A stretch of DNA of 26,214 nucleotides from an uncultured virus (IMG/VR IMGVR_UViG_3300032047_003368) (IMGVR_UViG_3300032047_003368), one strand, 5' to 3'. Numbered from the stretch's first letter, positions 8,398 through 17,991 are shown. Notes: a model not told the origin generated them from the sequence alone. Numbers and translations: made by a program.

Positions 8398-10365
8398 TTA
8401 GAGTGAGAGAAGATTTTTAAATTTGATCCATGCGTTCGTTACCGGTCGATCTTGTTTACCACCCGTATCACGACATAACCATATTAAACTTCCAACATAT
8501 TTTTTTGATTTTTTATTGAGTGGTAGAATAAGAGCATTTAAAAATCTAGTTACTAAGTTAGCAGGACTATTACGAAGTCTGGTTTGATCTTTACACGGAA
8601 TATACGAATCAGGATCGGGTCCGATTCTTAAAAGAGGACACGCACTGGCATTTGGTTTATCATTACCATACGTTGTAATATAGTTGTAATCTTCATCAAG
8701 TGAGCCTGGACTGGTTCGAAACGACACAGAACCATCAGAGCCAGAAGTGGAATCAAATCCATAAAATAAACTTGCATAGTTCCCGCACAACACAGGATTT
8801 AATTTTTGATTGTACAATTCCGTGTCTGCAAGTGAGTCATCAACTTGGTTTGGCCGTATCTGAAGCTCTACTACGTCCGGATCATTTTTACATTTCCGTG
8901 TTTTCCATTGCATCTGGACCTTCTCCCCTGAGTCGTGGTCAGGTGGCCAGTCTCCATACGCAGCCGGAAATGATTCATTCTCTGCACAAGTAGTTGGAAG
9001 TTTAATGCCCATCTTTCTGCGATTAAATTTAAAATGTATCCGATTGGTGAAGCTTCGCGTAGGGGCTCCACGCATCGGTGGGATACTCGTACCTTGCTTG
9101 TATAACAATTCGTTGGTAGCTACATATTCACGCATATAGTTGTATATAGACATATCATCAAAGTACTTGCTATTTTTAGTTTCACCGTATACTTCGTCCG
9201 ATTGTTGCTTATATGTAGGTTCTTCGTTATCAGGATAATGAGTAAGACCGAGTATTCCAACATATCTAGGCATAGATGGTTGTCTAATGTACCCACTTCC
9301 ATTATCAGATCTTCCATCTATTCTGAAATCTAAAACGGGTTGAGTGGCAGAGTGTTCCTTTAAAACAACCTCAACCAAACCATCATAAATCATTGGAAAT
9401 GTGTTTTCTATAATTTTGTCCTTATCACGGGCTGTCCATCCATTTTCAGTAGAGTAAACTACCCAGCCGCCCAAGTCTTGACGAAAAATTGATTCCCATT
9501 CAGCTAGACTGGTACGTGACAATCCTTTATACAAAACATGTGTCATAAACTTATCAGCAAATAGGTTAAATGCTCTTGCAAGTTTAATACGACCGACAAT
9601 TATAGAACCACGTAAACTTTCAGTTGCTTTTATGAATTTTATATCCGCAGGATAAATGTCTTCATCTGTATCGGGGTAACTAAATGCAACCACTTCATTT
9701 ACCGCAGGTAACCAAAATGGATCATGCCACCCATGAATTGTAAAATTAATTCGTTTTTCACTTCCGGTTAGATGTGATCCAGTTTTATATTTATAATATG
9801 GTACATCAGTAACCAAGCACATATCTTGATGAAGTGCCAATTCAAAAAATATAGAAGTCGTGGGAAATGTTTCAGGTTCGAAATCACCAGATGTATCAAT
9901 ATTCTCGGTGTATGTTCCCGAGAATGCTCCTGGTTTATTAGTACACTCACTCTTCCAATACTTTACAAGTTGACCTTCGTCGTATGTATGAAAATCTCCA
10001 TCAAAATATTTAAATGATTTATTTTCTTTATGAGCAATTAAATTCCATCCAGGAATTTTTGCAAGAGATACATTAGAATTTTCCTCGTTATCTATTTTCG
10101 ATGCTATGGTACTCGGTGTCGCATTCACTTCGGGTGACACCATATCAACGCATTGGGTAGAGTGTCCCAAAAAGTTTCCTTCGGCGTCGAACAAACTAGG
10201 AAACAATGTAAGTGGCTCACGGGAAGTACCAAGTAACATCCGAGGGCCCATAGACATACCAGACTCAGTTTCAATGGTTTCTACCCCATATAAACCAATT
10301 TCATCTAATAAATTAGGTTCAGAATAAAATTTTTTGAAATTTGTTTTAATTGTATCATCACTCAT
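8398..10365 (-). CDS. Large hypothetical protein, 655 aa (cassette gene A1)
   Basis: Long ORF; TATTTATA upstream at 10403-10410; paralog of 5082..7478. Confidence 0.85.
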   Translation of the reverse strand: MSDDTIKTNFKKFYSEPNLLDEIGLYGVETIETESGMSMGPRMLLGTSREPLTLFPSLFDAEGNFLGHSTQCVDMVSPEVNATPSTIASKIDNEENSNVSLAKIPGWNLIAHKENKSFKYFDGDFHTYDEGQLVKYWKSECTNKPGAFSGTYTENIDTSGDFEPETFPTTSIFFELALHQDMCLVTDVPYYKYKTGSHLTGSEKRINFTIHGWHDPFWLPAVNEVVAFSYPDTDEDIYPADIKFIKATESLRGSIIVGRIKLARAFNLFADKFMTHVLYKGLSRTSLAEWESIFRQDLGGWVVYSTENGWTARDKDKIIENTFPMIYDGLVEVVLKEHSATQPVLDFRIDGRSDNGSGYIRQPSMPRYVGILGLTHYPDNEEPTYKQQSDEVYGETKNSKYFDDMSIYNYMREYVATNELLYKQGTSIPPMRGAPTRSFTNRIHFKFNRRKMGIKLPTTCAENESFPAAYGDWPPDHDSGEKVQMQWKTRKCKNDPDVVELQIRPNQVDDSLADTELYNQKLNPVLCGNYASLFYGFDSTSGSDGSVSFRTSPGSLDEDYNYITTYGNDKPNASACPLLRIGPDPDSYIPCKDQTRLRNSPANLVTRFLNALILPLNKKSKKYVGSLIWLCRDTGGKQDRPVTNAWIKFKNLLSL

Positions 10366-10410
10366 AATATCGTCTCACTTTTAGTAGAATAACTCCACTT
10401 TTTATAAATA

Positions 10411-10851
10411 TTAAAGTAAATGAGTTATCTTGATATTATTTATAATATTTTTATATTTTGCTGAGTGATATTTTTTAAACGAAATTCCATTACGAGATTG
10501 AAAATTTTCAATTCCCACTTTCATTGCAGGTTTTTGTTTTAGTTTTTTGCACAACAGAATACCTACATAATCTGCTTCTGCTTCTTGATCCTTATTAAAA
10601 CTCTTTGAATGCTTTAAATTTATATGAGCAACTTCATGTGACTCAATGAAAGTGATATGATGATTTGTTAAGTTATCACTTGCTACTTTATCGAGATCAA
10701 TAAACACCGACTTTTTCTCAGGAATTGCAAAACCTAGACCATGTGTTTCAAACTTATCTTTTAATGTTTCATATCCAGAAAATGTATTGTCTACCAAATA
10801 TACTTTGGTTTTTTTATCAAACTTACTTGTATATGAAATAAAATCACTCAT
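10411..10851 (-). CDS. Zincin HExxH metallopeptidase (ImmA/IrrE- or M48-like)
   Basis: SHEVAHINLKH followed by QEAEADYVG (ExxAD third-ligand motif). Confidence 0.75.
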   Translation of the reverse strand: MSDFISYTSKFDKKTKVYLVDNTFSGYETLKDKFETHGLGFAIPEKKSVFIDLDKVASDNLTNHHITFIESHEVAHINLKHSKSFNKDQEAEADYVGILLCKKLKQKPAMKVGIENFQSRNGISFKKYHSAKYKNIINNIKITHLL

Positions 10852-10858
10852 ACCATTA

Positions 10859-10887
10859 AGTATAACACATAAATGGTATTATGTCAT
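10859..10887 (-). promoter_or_regulatory. sigma70-type (extended -10) promoter for the HExxH peptidase gene
   Basis: ATGACA (10887-10882), 17-nt spacer ending TGT, TATACT (10864-10859), 7 nt before the ATG; no SD. Confidence 0.65.
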
Positions 10888-10969
10888 CTGTATATTTTAT
10901 TAAGGTAGAAATATACCCTCTTTATTATTTTCAGAGGAGTTGATGCATCGGATGATTCTAATATCATAC

Positions 10970-13900
10970 TCAAGTTTCTTCGGACAAAGGCTTTCCACAA
11001 AATTCAGAAAATACTAAATTGTTTTCTCCACCCATATATCCGTGATAATAACATTCATAACTCGTTGTACCGAAATCACCATTTACACACACCTCAATGT
11101 CACCATAGTAAAAATTAATTTTTTCTCCATTTAGTGCAGTTTTGCTTAATATTCCAAGTGAATTGCTTGTCATAGTTGGGTGATTTTTACAATAATAAAT
11201 AATAGTACCATCATAGTCATGTGGAATCTTCATAGTAATTTCAGATGTTTGTGAATCTAATTGAGTTCCATTCACCCAGTCTAAATCTATATCTCGTGAT
11301 TTTCCAATTTTAAAAGGATGCACTCCAGAGACTCCTGCGTTTTTAAATACATACATTTTCTTTTTCATGAATTTGAAATCACCACTGTATACATCAGATG
11401 AAATATCTGTTCCATCTTCCAGTTTGAATGTATAATGTGGAGATGACATTGATCCACCACTTACGTTTATTACAATGTCTCCGTGTGGTTTAATTTCTAT
11501 TAGTTTTTCTGACATAATTCCTACGTCATCCGAGTTTGTATGAATTCCAATTGGATGATCCACCGGTATATCAGTAAGTTGATACATATTCAGTCCTACA
11601 TTTAAAGGAGATTGAGTTTCCAGTATCCCAATGTCACCCTCATCTTCACCTTCCGTTGAATTAAACACATACTTTTTATCAACTATATTCACAGTTAACA
11701 TACCAGATACACAATCTACTTGAATTGGAGGTTCTGGTATCGAAATATCCATTACTTCAAAATCAGTAATTTTAATTCCCATCTCTTCATCTGCAATGCG
11801 TAGATCCTCATCGACATATATGTTATCTATAAATCCATATTCTGTACTGTAACTTATATCTAATTGCGCCACATTATTTTTGTAGTGATCCCATGCGTAA
11901 TCAAACATTTCAGTTAATGTCATATACTGATCCATCTCAGGTTTAACCATAAATCGTCTATCTACAAATCTTACATTTGTTATTTTACCACCCTCTACAT
12001 AAACCTTTACAGGTTTCCAAGAATTTGGAGGGCCATAGAAACTTCTTGATACAATATAAGAATAGTTATCAATCTGCGTATCTTCCCATAGTTTTTTGTT
12101 TTCTGCAAACAAATCTTCATCAAAATCTACAGGTTCGGGTTCTGGTGCAAACACATCCTTGGGGACATCAATTTTTTCATAAAAAATTCTACCGACTTGT
12201 TTTTCGGTTGAATCAATACCCCATACTTTAATTTTGTATATTCCAGATTGCAGTTCTATAAATAACGAAGTTTTGTTTTGAACAATTACTTCATCTTCAT
12301 TGTTTATTTTATATTTCCACGACGTCGTTCCTTCTAATAAATCAACTACAATTTCAACATTTTGTTCGGTGTGTGTCTCACTCACTTCTATTTTGTTCAA
12401 ATAAATTCCATTCATAATAGACGGTGGACACACTTCCCACTCACAATCATTGTGTGGGTCTCGGCCTACCATAAAACCACTTTCGCACATTTTTAAGTCT
12501 TTAGTACAAAATCTATCATCAATCACCGGTGGTTTTATTTCATCGGTGTCAGGACAAGCATGAAAGTTACAATTATTAAACGAATCTCTACCCACCGCAG
12601 TTCCGTCTGGACATATTTTTAATTCACGTGTACACGCTACAGGTTCATCTTCACCACCACCGTGTCGGTAATCTTCTGGACACATAAAAAACTTACAATC
12701 ATTTTGATGGTCTCTTGATACAACACTTCCATCCTTACAATACTTGACATCGGTAGTACACATCTTTAAATCATTGTCTCCTACAGGTGGTGGTAAAATT
12801 CCAACTTTATCACATGGATACCAATTACACTCATCAAATGGATTTCTACCAACTACATGACCGTTTTCGCATACCATAGCATCTTCTGTGCAGCTAGGGA
12901 CTTCACCATCGTCCACACAGGCCGGAAATTCACAATTATTTCGGGGGTCACGGGCAATAGAATGGCCGTCTTTGCACAATCTGACATCATCTGGACACAC
13001 CGGTGTGAACATTGTTCCCATTTGGTCATCTTCGACTTTTTCCAAATTGCACTCATCTATGATCTCAATTTTATGCTGACTTTTTCTATTTTTCCAATTA
13101 TTTTTAGTTAAAAACGCAACAATTTTTTTCGGTTTAAAGTTTTTTCTTAACTTTAGTTCACGCCCAACTAAAGTTCCTGTTGGGTGTAACCCACCCACAG
13201 ATATGTCTTCAAAATAGAAAGTTTGTTCTTTTCCAGTTGCCGACAAAACATTTATCACAATTTTGTCATTCTTATCTGCATTGAAAAAATCAATATCAGA
13301 AGTGATGGTATTGTTGTGAATACACACCGACTCATCTTTTACCATAATTTTCGGTAACTGGCACTCTCCCATATCAGTTAGTTCGGATTTTGCAATTTTA
13401 TCTTTCCAGCTACCTTTGGTTACGAGTGCAACTAAACGTGTGGGAATTTTTTTGTTATCTGGTATTTCAATGCGGATTGTTTTATTACCCACACCTGTTA
13501 AGTTTTTTACACTAAAGTTTTTAATTCTGTCTTTATCATTAAAGAGTATAAAAACAACATTCATGGTCTCAGGTAAGTCATATTCAAATCCCACTTCAAC
13601 TAAATCAGACGAAACACATACTTTTTCAGAGTGTAAATTAAGCATTTGGTATTGTTTCACACCAACTCGGTCAGAGTAAACTCTATTTTTAAAAGAATCC
13701 TTTGAAACGAAAACTGACATTTCATTTGGTATTTCTGAATTTTCATTCAAAATAAATTTATGGGTTATGTCACCTACTCCTGATATTTTCTTAAATCTTT
13801 TGGTTTTTATTATTTTTTTGTTTGCCAAAAGTCTGACTACTATGTCCAACTCTTCGGAAAGTTTGTGCTTAAAACTAACACGGGTAGAATTAGAATCGTT

Positions 13901-16900
13901 AGTTGACTTAATAGACTCAATGAAGTTACACTCAGTTATTTTAACTGAATGCCTTGCTACGGAATTACTCCATGTATTGGGGGTTAATATAGCCGTAAGT
14001 TTTATTGGTACATCGTTACCACCAATCTTATAGTTCTTCTGAAACGTATGTTGTCCTATTATGTTTTTATATGTGTATCGTTTTATAATACCAGTATTGG
14101 AATAAATAAAAACTTTTAAGTTCATTTCCTCAACTGCGTTACACTCTATTTCAAAATCTAGTTTGTTCTTACTTATACAAGTTTTTGTCTCATTTATATG
14201 CACCATATTATTATTTTCCATTATACAACTCTCTTTTATACCAATGATGTTTTCTCCTGAAATTATTTTTGTATCGCACACCGGTGCGTTTTTTATTTCA
14301 GAATCTACATTCACTAGTTTCATGTTATTAAAATTAAGATTTTTTGAAGCCGTTATTAAAACTCCGTTCGAGGATGCACCTCCGTAATGAGCAGGACTTT
14401 TTATGTCTGCATTTCCTACAAGTTCTAGATTACTACGAAACCTACCTTGTGTTTTTACCCCATCTATACATACATCAGTTATGGTGTGATTTACACCACC
14501 TGAAATAAACATTCCTATGTTTCCTTTCATAACATGACCCATGCTATCGTGATTTGGAATCAATCTCAAACCTTCATCACTCAATATAGAAGACAAATTC
14601 AAATTTCCCTCCGCCCACATTAACACACAAGACTCTATTTTTGATAAATCAGACGAAATTCCATATTGTTCATATTTTTCCAAAAATAACTGAGCATTTG
14701 CAAGTGAATTTCCCACATACTCACACCTACCTCTGTTCATTCTGGACGCAAACATAACATTAAATACATCACCAAAAGGACCAGTTTGTAGTTTTCCTTC
14801 TGCTGTTTCAACTGCCAATATTTCAACAGGATTGGATTTTATATTTTTTATAGTAATTTCGTGAAGTAGAATTGCTTCATTTCCAACAGATTCTGAGGTT
14901 CGTTCTGTAAGAAAGTCGTGTACTACAACACCAGCCACGTGTAAAACCAATCCATACATATTTCCGTCATATAGGCCAGTTTCGTTGTTAAAATAATTTT
15001 TAATAGGTTCGTTTTTTAGTACACTTTCACGAACTTCGTTTATATCACGAGAAATTTCACTTAAAATATCATCAAGTGTCAACTGTAAGTCACCCACATT
15101 AAGTGTTATATTCTCATGTAGGTCGGACGATTGTGTGAATGTGGTTTGAACTTTAGTTTTATTCGGTAAATTTGCTTTAGTGTGGCCGCAGGACGGCATA
15201 TTAAGCACATCACTTGATTGCAATCTACTTTTTATTTGTTCTAAATGCCTTTTTATAAAGACTGACTGGGAGAACATAGAGTTTACTGGTATCTTTAATT
15301 GTGTTCCCAGGATACTCACATTTGATATAACACCGGTGGTGGCTCCATTTAATGCAATTCCGGCAACTTCAAAGTTTTTAATTTCTAGGTTGCTCAACAC
15401 CACTCCCTCATTTAAGTTACCGTGTATTCCGTGATGGGACGATAGTCCAAGTTTTCCATTGAATATTAATACATTTTTTGCAGGTGAAAACGAATCTCCA
15501 AACGAATGGGGCCCTTGGGATGGTATGAACGGAGCATTGGCCAGCTCAATAATTGAGAAAAATCTTTGTTGTAAATTGTGCATCTTACTCTGTTCAATTG
15601 TATGACCATTCAAGTTTAGCATGACACCATCACATTCAACAGTAACAGCAGCGAAAAATCCAAGATGATATGCACCACCACGTCCCATTGGATATAAACC
15701 AGAAGCTATCTGTTCATGTGTAGGAAAAAAGTCGTTACCCTCGTTTGGATGGAACACCACATCTTCCATCAAGTGATAATAACCAGGTTTGGTAATTCTT
15801 AATGTACCCGTGTAGAAATCAGCCGCATATATAGAAATAACTTTTGTAATTGTAGGTTGAATATTATCTACAGTTTGGTATTCTTTAAACGAATATATGT
15901 GATTCTCTCTGTTATGTTTCTTAAAATAGTTTAAAAGTTGAGTTTGTGGTTCGTCGCAATTGTCATATAGTGTAGAATCAAACTTTATCACATACTCAGT
16001 CAGGGGTGAGTTGCGAACTCCCATAATATCAACTCCACGTAAAATTGAACTAACTTTTTTGGTAAAATTTGTCTTATAATAATATTTTTTGTGTTTAATT
16101 TGATCAAACGATAACTGAACCACTTCTTCGGTATCGTCTTCGTATAAAACCGAGAACTTTGGATCTAACCCCATATCGTATTCACTTAATATAAACTCAA
16201 TTGAAATATGTTCCGGTTGCAATCCAAGTTGCAACTCCCTCTCAGAACCAAACTCGTTAGAAAACCAAATCTTAGTTTTGATATATGGATTAAATGCAAG
16301 TCTGTTCGGTGTATTATCCACATTAAATAACTCAAAATACTCATCAGTTTTAATTGATTCTTTTAAAATTATTCTATTTCTAACAGATTTTTTTTGCCAC
16401 TTTATTATCCCGTCAGTTGACTCATGTGTGTTATCAAGAAAAGATAATTTAATATCAGACCTATAAACATCATCGGTAAACTGAGCTAATTCACCCAACT
16501 TAAATAAAATTTTGTTTCTTTGAATCTGAATTACATCATACCAAGTATCAAATCCCAACATAGCATTTCCGTCATCGAGACCAATTATCTGTATTTTTTT
16601 ATTTTTAAGTTGTGATTGAGTGAACTCGGTATCTTCAAATTCTGCCCACACTTCATCTGAATCTAATACGAACTTGAATGTTACCTTCGGTAGAGTAATT
16701 GTTTTCATTAAATTGGTAATAAGATTTTTTGAAGAGTTTTTTATTAACCAACTTTTCACGTCACCAACGGAAGCCGAGGGGTTTTCTTGTAAGTACAATG
16801 ACACCAGTCCGACCACAACTGGACACGAAAAACTTGTTCCATCCCTCCACCTATATTTTTCATATGTTGTTTTTTTCCAGTCGTATCTCGGAATTATCAT

Positions 16901-17980
16901 TTTATATCCAGGTGCGTTTATCGTGTTCCCATGACCGTAATTAGAAAAACTTGCCATCTTAGATGGCTGTGTGTTTGCCATACTACTTTCTGCATGAGTT
17001 GCTCCTACTACGATTGGGTTTCCCTGACCAGGATCATTATTATTTATTTCACGTGGAAGTAAATTCATCGATCCATTTGTAAATTTTGACATCATCGGAC
17101 CTTCTAGTGACCCCCCTCCACCAAACCCATTTCCGGCTGCACATATCACATGAATACCGAATGTAGTCGCAAGTTTCAATGCATCAAGTGTTACAATATC
17201 ATCACCGGTTTCATCTGGATAATAATTTGGGTGATTGGGTGACGGCATCATACCAAGACTATAATTTATTATCGAAGGATGGTCGTTGTCTTTTTGTAAG
17301 TGGTGTTCTATAACTTCATCAATGGCCATAGCTATGGATATATTATTACCACTACCACTTCGGTTCACAACCTTAAGTGGGAATATATTAACATCACGTG
17401 CGACTCCACACATAGTTCCGGTTATAAATAAAGCAATTTCTGTACCATGACCATTATCATCTGAACTGCTGTTTCTGACACCACCTACTACATATCCAGA
17501 TTTAAATGATTCAAGTTTATGAACATTTGGTAACAATGGGTGGTCATATTTCACACCCGTGTCAATTACATAACAATCAACTCCTCTACCTGTATATATA
17601 GGATCATACGAGTGATTCTCTGTGGTCAAGTCTCGTTTTGACAAAATTTCGAGATGTGAATAATATTCCGGATTACCCCTAAAATCACCTGCGTATGTTT
17701 CACTTACGACTGAACTGCGAGATCTCTCTCTGGCCAACGAAATATCAGGTGATGTTTCACTCGTACTTGATTCAATGATACGCACATTAGCAGAATTTTT
17801 TACATAAACTACATCATCGTTTACCGTTAGCAAGTGAGTCAATTTAGGGTCCGACTCAAATACCAGCATACACAGATGCGTTAATTTACGTTTAACATGA
17901 ATATCTGTATCGTTTTTAAGTTGGTCTGCGATAGCATCTATATCAGCAGTTTTTTTAAATTTTGCTATAAATAATCCCAC
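10970..17980 (-). CDS. Giant multidomain S8 (subtilisin-like) serine protease, 2336 aa
   Basis: GTG start. I9-like N-terminal prodomain; catalytic VIDTG (17555-17563), GHGT (17441-17452), oxyanion AAGN and GTSFSCP (16820-16840). Followed by a beta-helix-like region, 4 beta-sandwich-like repeats, 5 Cys repeats, a DUF6174-like segment and cupredoxin-like H/C/H/M motifs. Confidence 0.9.
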   Translation of the reverse strand: MGLFIAKFKKTADIDAIADQLKNDTDIHVKRKLTHLCMLVFESDPKLTHLLTVNDDVVYVKNSANVRIIESSTSETSPDISLARERSRSSVVSETYAGDFRGNPEYYSHLEILSKRDLTTENHSYDPIYTGRGVDCYVIDTGVKYDHPLLPNVHKLESFKSGYVVGGVRNSSSDDNGHGTEIALFITGTMCGVARDVNIFPLKVVNRSGSGNNISIAMAIDEVIEHHLQKDNDHPSIINYSLGMMPSPNHPNYYPDETGDDIVTLDALKLATTFGIHVICAAGNGFGGGGSLEGPMMSKFTNGSMNLLPREINNNDPGQGNPIVVGATHAESSMANTQPSKMASFSNYGHGNTINAPGYKMIIPRYDWKKTTYEKYRWRDGTSFSCPVVVGLVSLYLQENPSASVGDVKSWLIKNSSKNLITNLMKTITLPKVTFKFVLDSDEVWAEFEDTEFTQSQLKNKKIQIIGLDDGNAMLGFDTWYDVIQIQRNKILFKLGELAQFTDDVYRSDIKLSFLDNTHESTDGIIKWQKKSVRNRIILKESIKTDEYFELFNVDNTPNRLAFNPYIKTKIWFSNEFGSERELQLGLQPEHISIEFILSEYDMGLDPKFSVLYEDDTEEVVQLSFDQIKHKKYYYKTNFTKKVSSILRGVDIMGVRNSPLTEYVIKFDSTLYDNCDEPQTQLLNYFKKHNRENHIYSFKEYQTVDNIQPTITKVISIYAADFYTGTLRITKPGYYHLMEDVVFHPNEGNDFFPTHEQIASGLYPMGRGGAYHLGFFAAVTVECDGVMLNLNGHTIEQSKMHNLQQRFFSIIELANAPFIPSQGPHSFGDSFSPAKNVLIFNGKLGLSSHHGIHGNLNEGVVLSNLEIKNFEVAGIALNGATTGVISNVSILGTQLKIPVNSMFSQSVFIKRHLEQIKSRLQSSDVLNMPSCGHTKANLPNKTKVQTTFTQSSDLHENITLNVGDLQLTLDDILSEISRDINEVRESVLKNEPIKNYFNNETGLYDGNMYGLVLHVAGVVVHDFLTERTSESVGNEAILLHEITIKNIKSNPVEILAVETAEGKLQTGPFGDVFNVMFASRMNRGRCEYVGNSLANAQLFLEKYEQYGISSDLSKIESCVLMWAEGNLNLSSILSDEGLRLIPNHDSMGHVMKGNIGMFISGGVNHTITDVCIDGVKTQGRFRSNLELVGNADIKSPAHYGGASSNGVLITASKNLNFNNMKLVNVDSEIKNAPVCDTKIISGENIIGIKESCIMENNNMVHINETKTCISKNKLDFEIECNAVEEMNLKVFIYSNTGIIKRYTYKNIIGQHTFQKNYKIGGNDVPIKLTAILTPNTWSNSVARHSVKITECNFIESIKSTNDSNSTRVSFKHKLSEELDIVVRLLANKKIIKTKRFKKISGVGDITHKFILNENSEIPNEMSVFVSKDSFKNRVYSDRVGVKQYQMLNLHSEKVCVSSDLVEVGFEYDLPETMNVVFILFNDKDRIKNFSVKNLTGVGNKTIRIEIPDNKKIPTRLVALVTKGSWKDKIAKSELTDMGECQLPKIMVKDESVCIHNNTITSDIDFFNADKNDKIVINVLSATGKEQTFYFEDISVGGLHPTGTLVGRELKLRKNFKPKKIVAFLTKNNWKNRKSQHKIEIIDECNLEKVEDDQMGTMFTPVCPDDVRLCKDGHSIARDPRNNCEFPACVDDGEVPSCTEDAMVCENGHVVGRNPFDECNWYPCDKVGILPPPVGDNDLKMCTTDVKYCKDGSVVSRDHQNDCKFFMCPEDYRHGGGEDEPVACTRELKICPDGTAVGRDSFNNCNFHACPDTDEIKPPVIDDRFCTKDLKMCESGFMVGRDPHNDCEWEVCPPSIMNGIYLNKIEVSETHTEQNVEIVVDLLEGTTSWKYKINNEDEVIVQNKTSLFIELQSGIYKIKVWGIDSTEKQVGRIFYEKIDVPKDVFAPEPEPVDFDEDLFAENKKLWEDTQIDNYSYIVSRSFYGPPNSWKPVKVYVEGGKITNVRFVDRRFMVKPEMDQYMTLTEMFDYAWDHYKNNVAQLDISYSTEYGFIDNIYVDEDLRIADEEMGIKITDFEVMDISIPEPPIQVDCVSGMLTVNIVDKKYVFNSTEGEDEGDIGILETQSPLNVGLNMYQLTDIPVDHPIGIHTNSDDVGIMSEKLIEIKPHGDIVINVSGGSMSSPHYTFKLEDGTDISSDVYSGDFKFMKKKMYVFKNAGVSGVHPFKIGKSRDIDLDWVNGTQLDSQTSEITMKIPHDYDGTIIYYCKNHPTMTSNSLGILSKTALNGEKINFYYGDIEVCVNGDFGTTSYECYYHGYMGGENNLVFSEFCGKPLSEET
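12425..13000 (-). repeat. Five in-frame Cys-rich peptide repeats C-x6-C-x13-C-x4-C
   Basis: CPDDVRLCKDGHSIARDPRNNCEFPAC; CTEDAMVCENGHVVGRNPFDECNWYPC; CTTDVKYCKDGSVVSRDHQNDCKFFMC; CTRELKICPDGTAVGRDSFNNCNFHAC; CTKDLKMCESGFMVGRDPHNDCEWEVC. Confidence 0.95.
13050..14190 (-). repeat. Four diverged ~95-aa beta-rich domain repeats within the subtilase
   Basis: Each unit ends P-x2-(L/M/I)-x-(A/V)-hh-(T/S)-x3-(W/F)-x-(N/D): PIKLTAILTPNTWSN, PNEMSVFVSKDSFKN, PTRLVALVTKGSWKD, PKKIVAFLTKNNWKN. Confidence 0.75.
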
Positions 17981-17984
17981 CTAT

Positions 17985-17991
17985 ATAAATA
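17985..17991 (-). promoter_or_regulatory. Recurrent phage upstream motif TATTTAT (putative late-type promoter); representative copy
   Basis: Same 7-mer at 45-51, 1169-1175, 3960-3966, 7786-7792, 10404-10410, 20168-20174, 20722-20728, 22419-22425 and 23493-23499, all just upstream of minus-strand starts. Confidence 0.6.

Noticed and set aside
10884..10998. Small ORFs after the subtilase (GTG 10998..10900, 32 aa; ATG 10967..10884, 27 aa) or a frameshift extension
   Set aside because: No SD, slippery site or recognisable motif; cannot be distinguished from chance.
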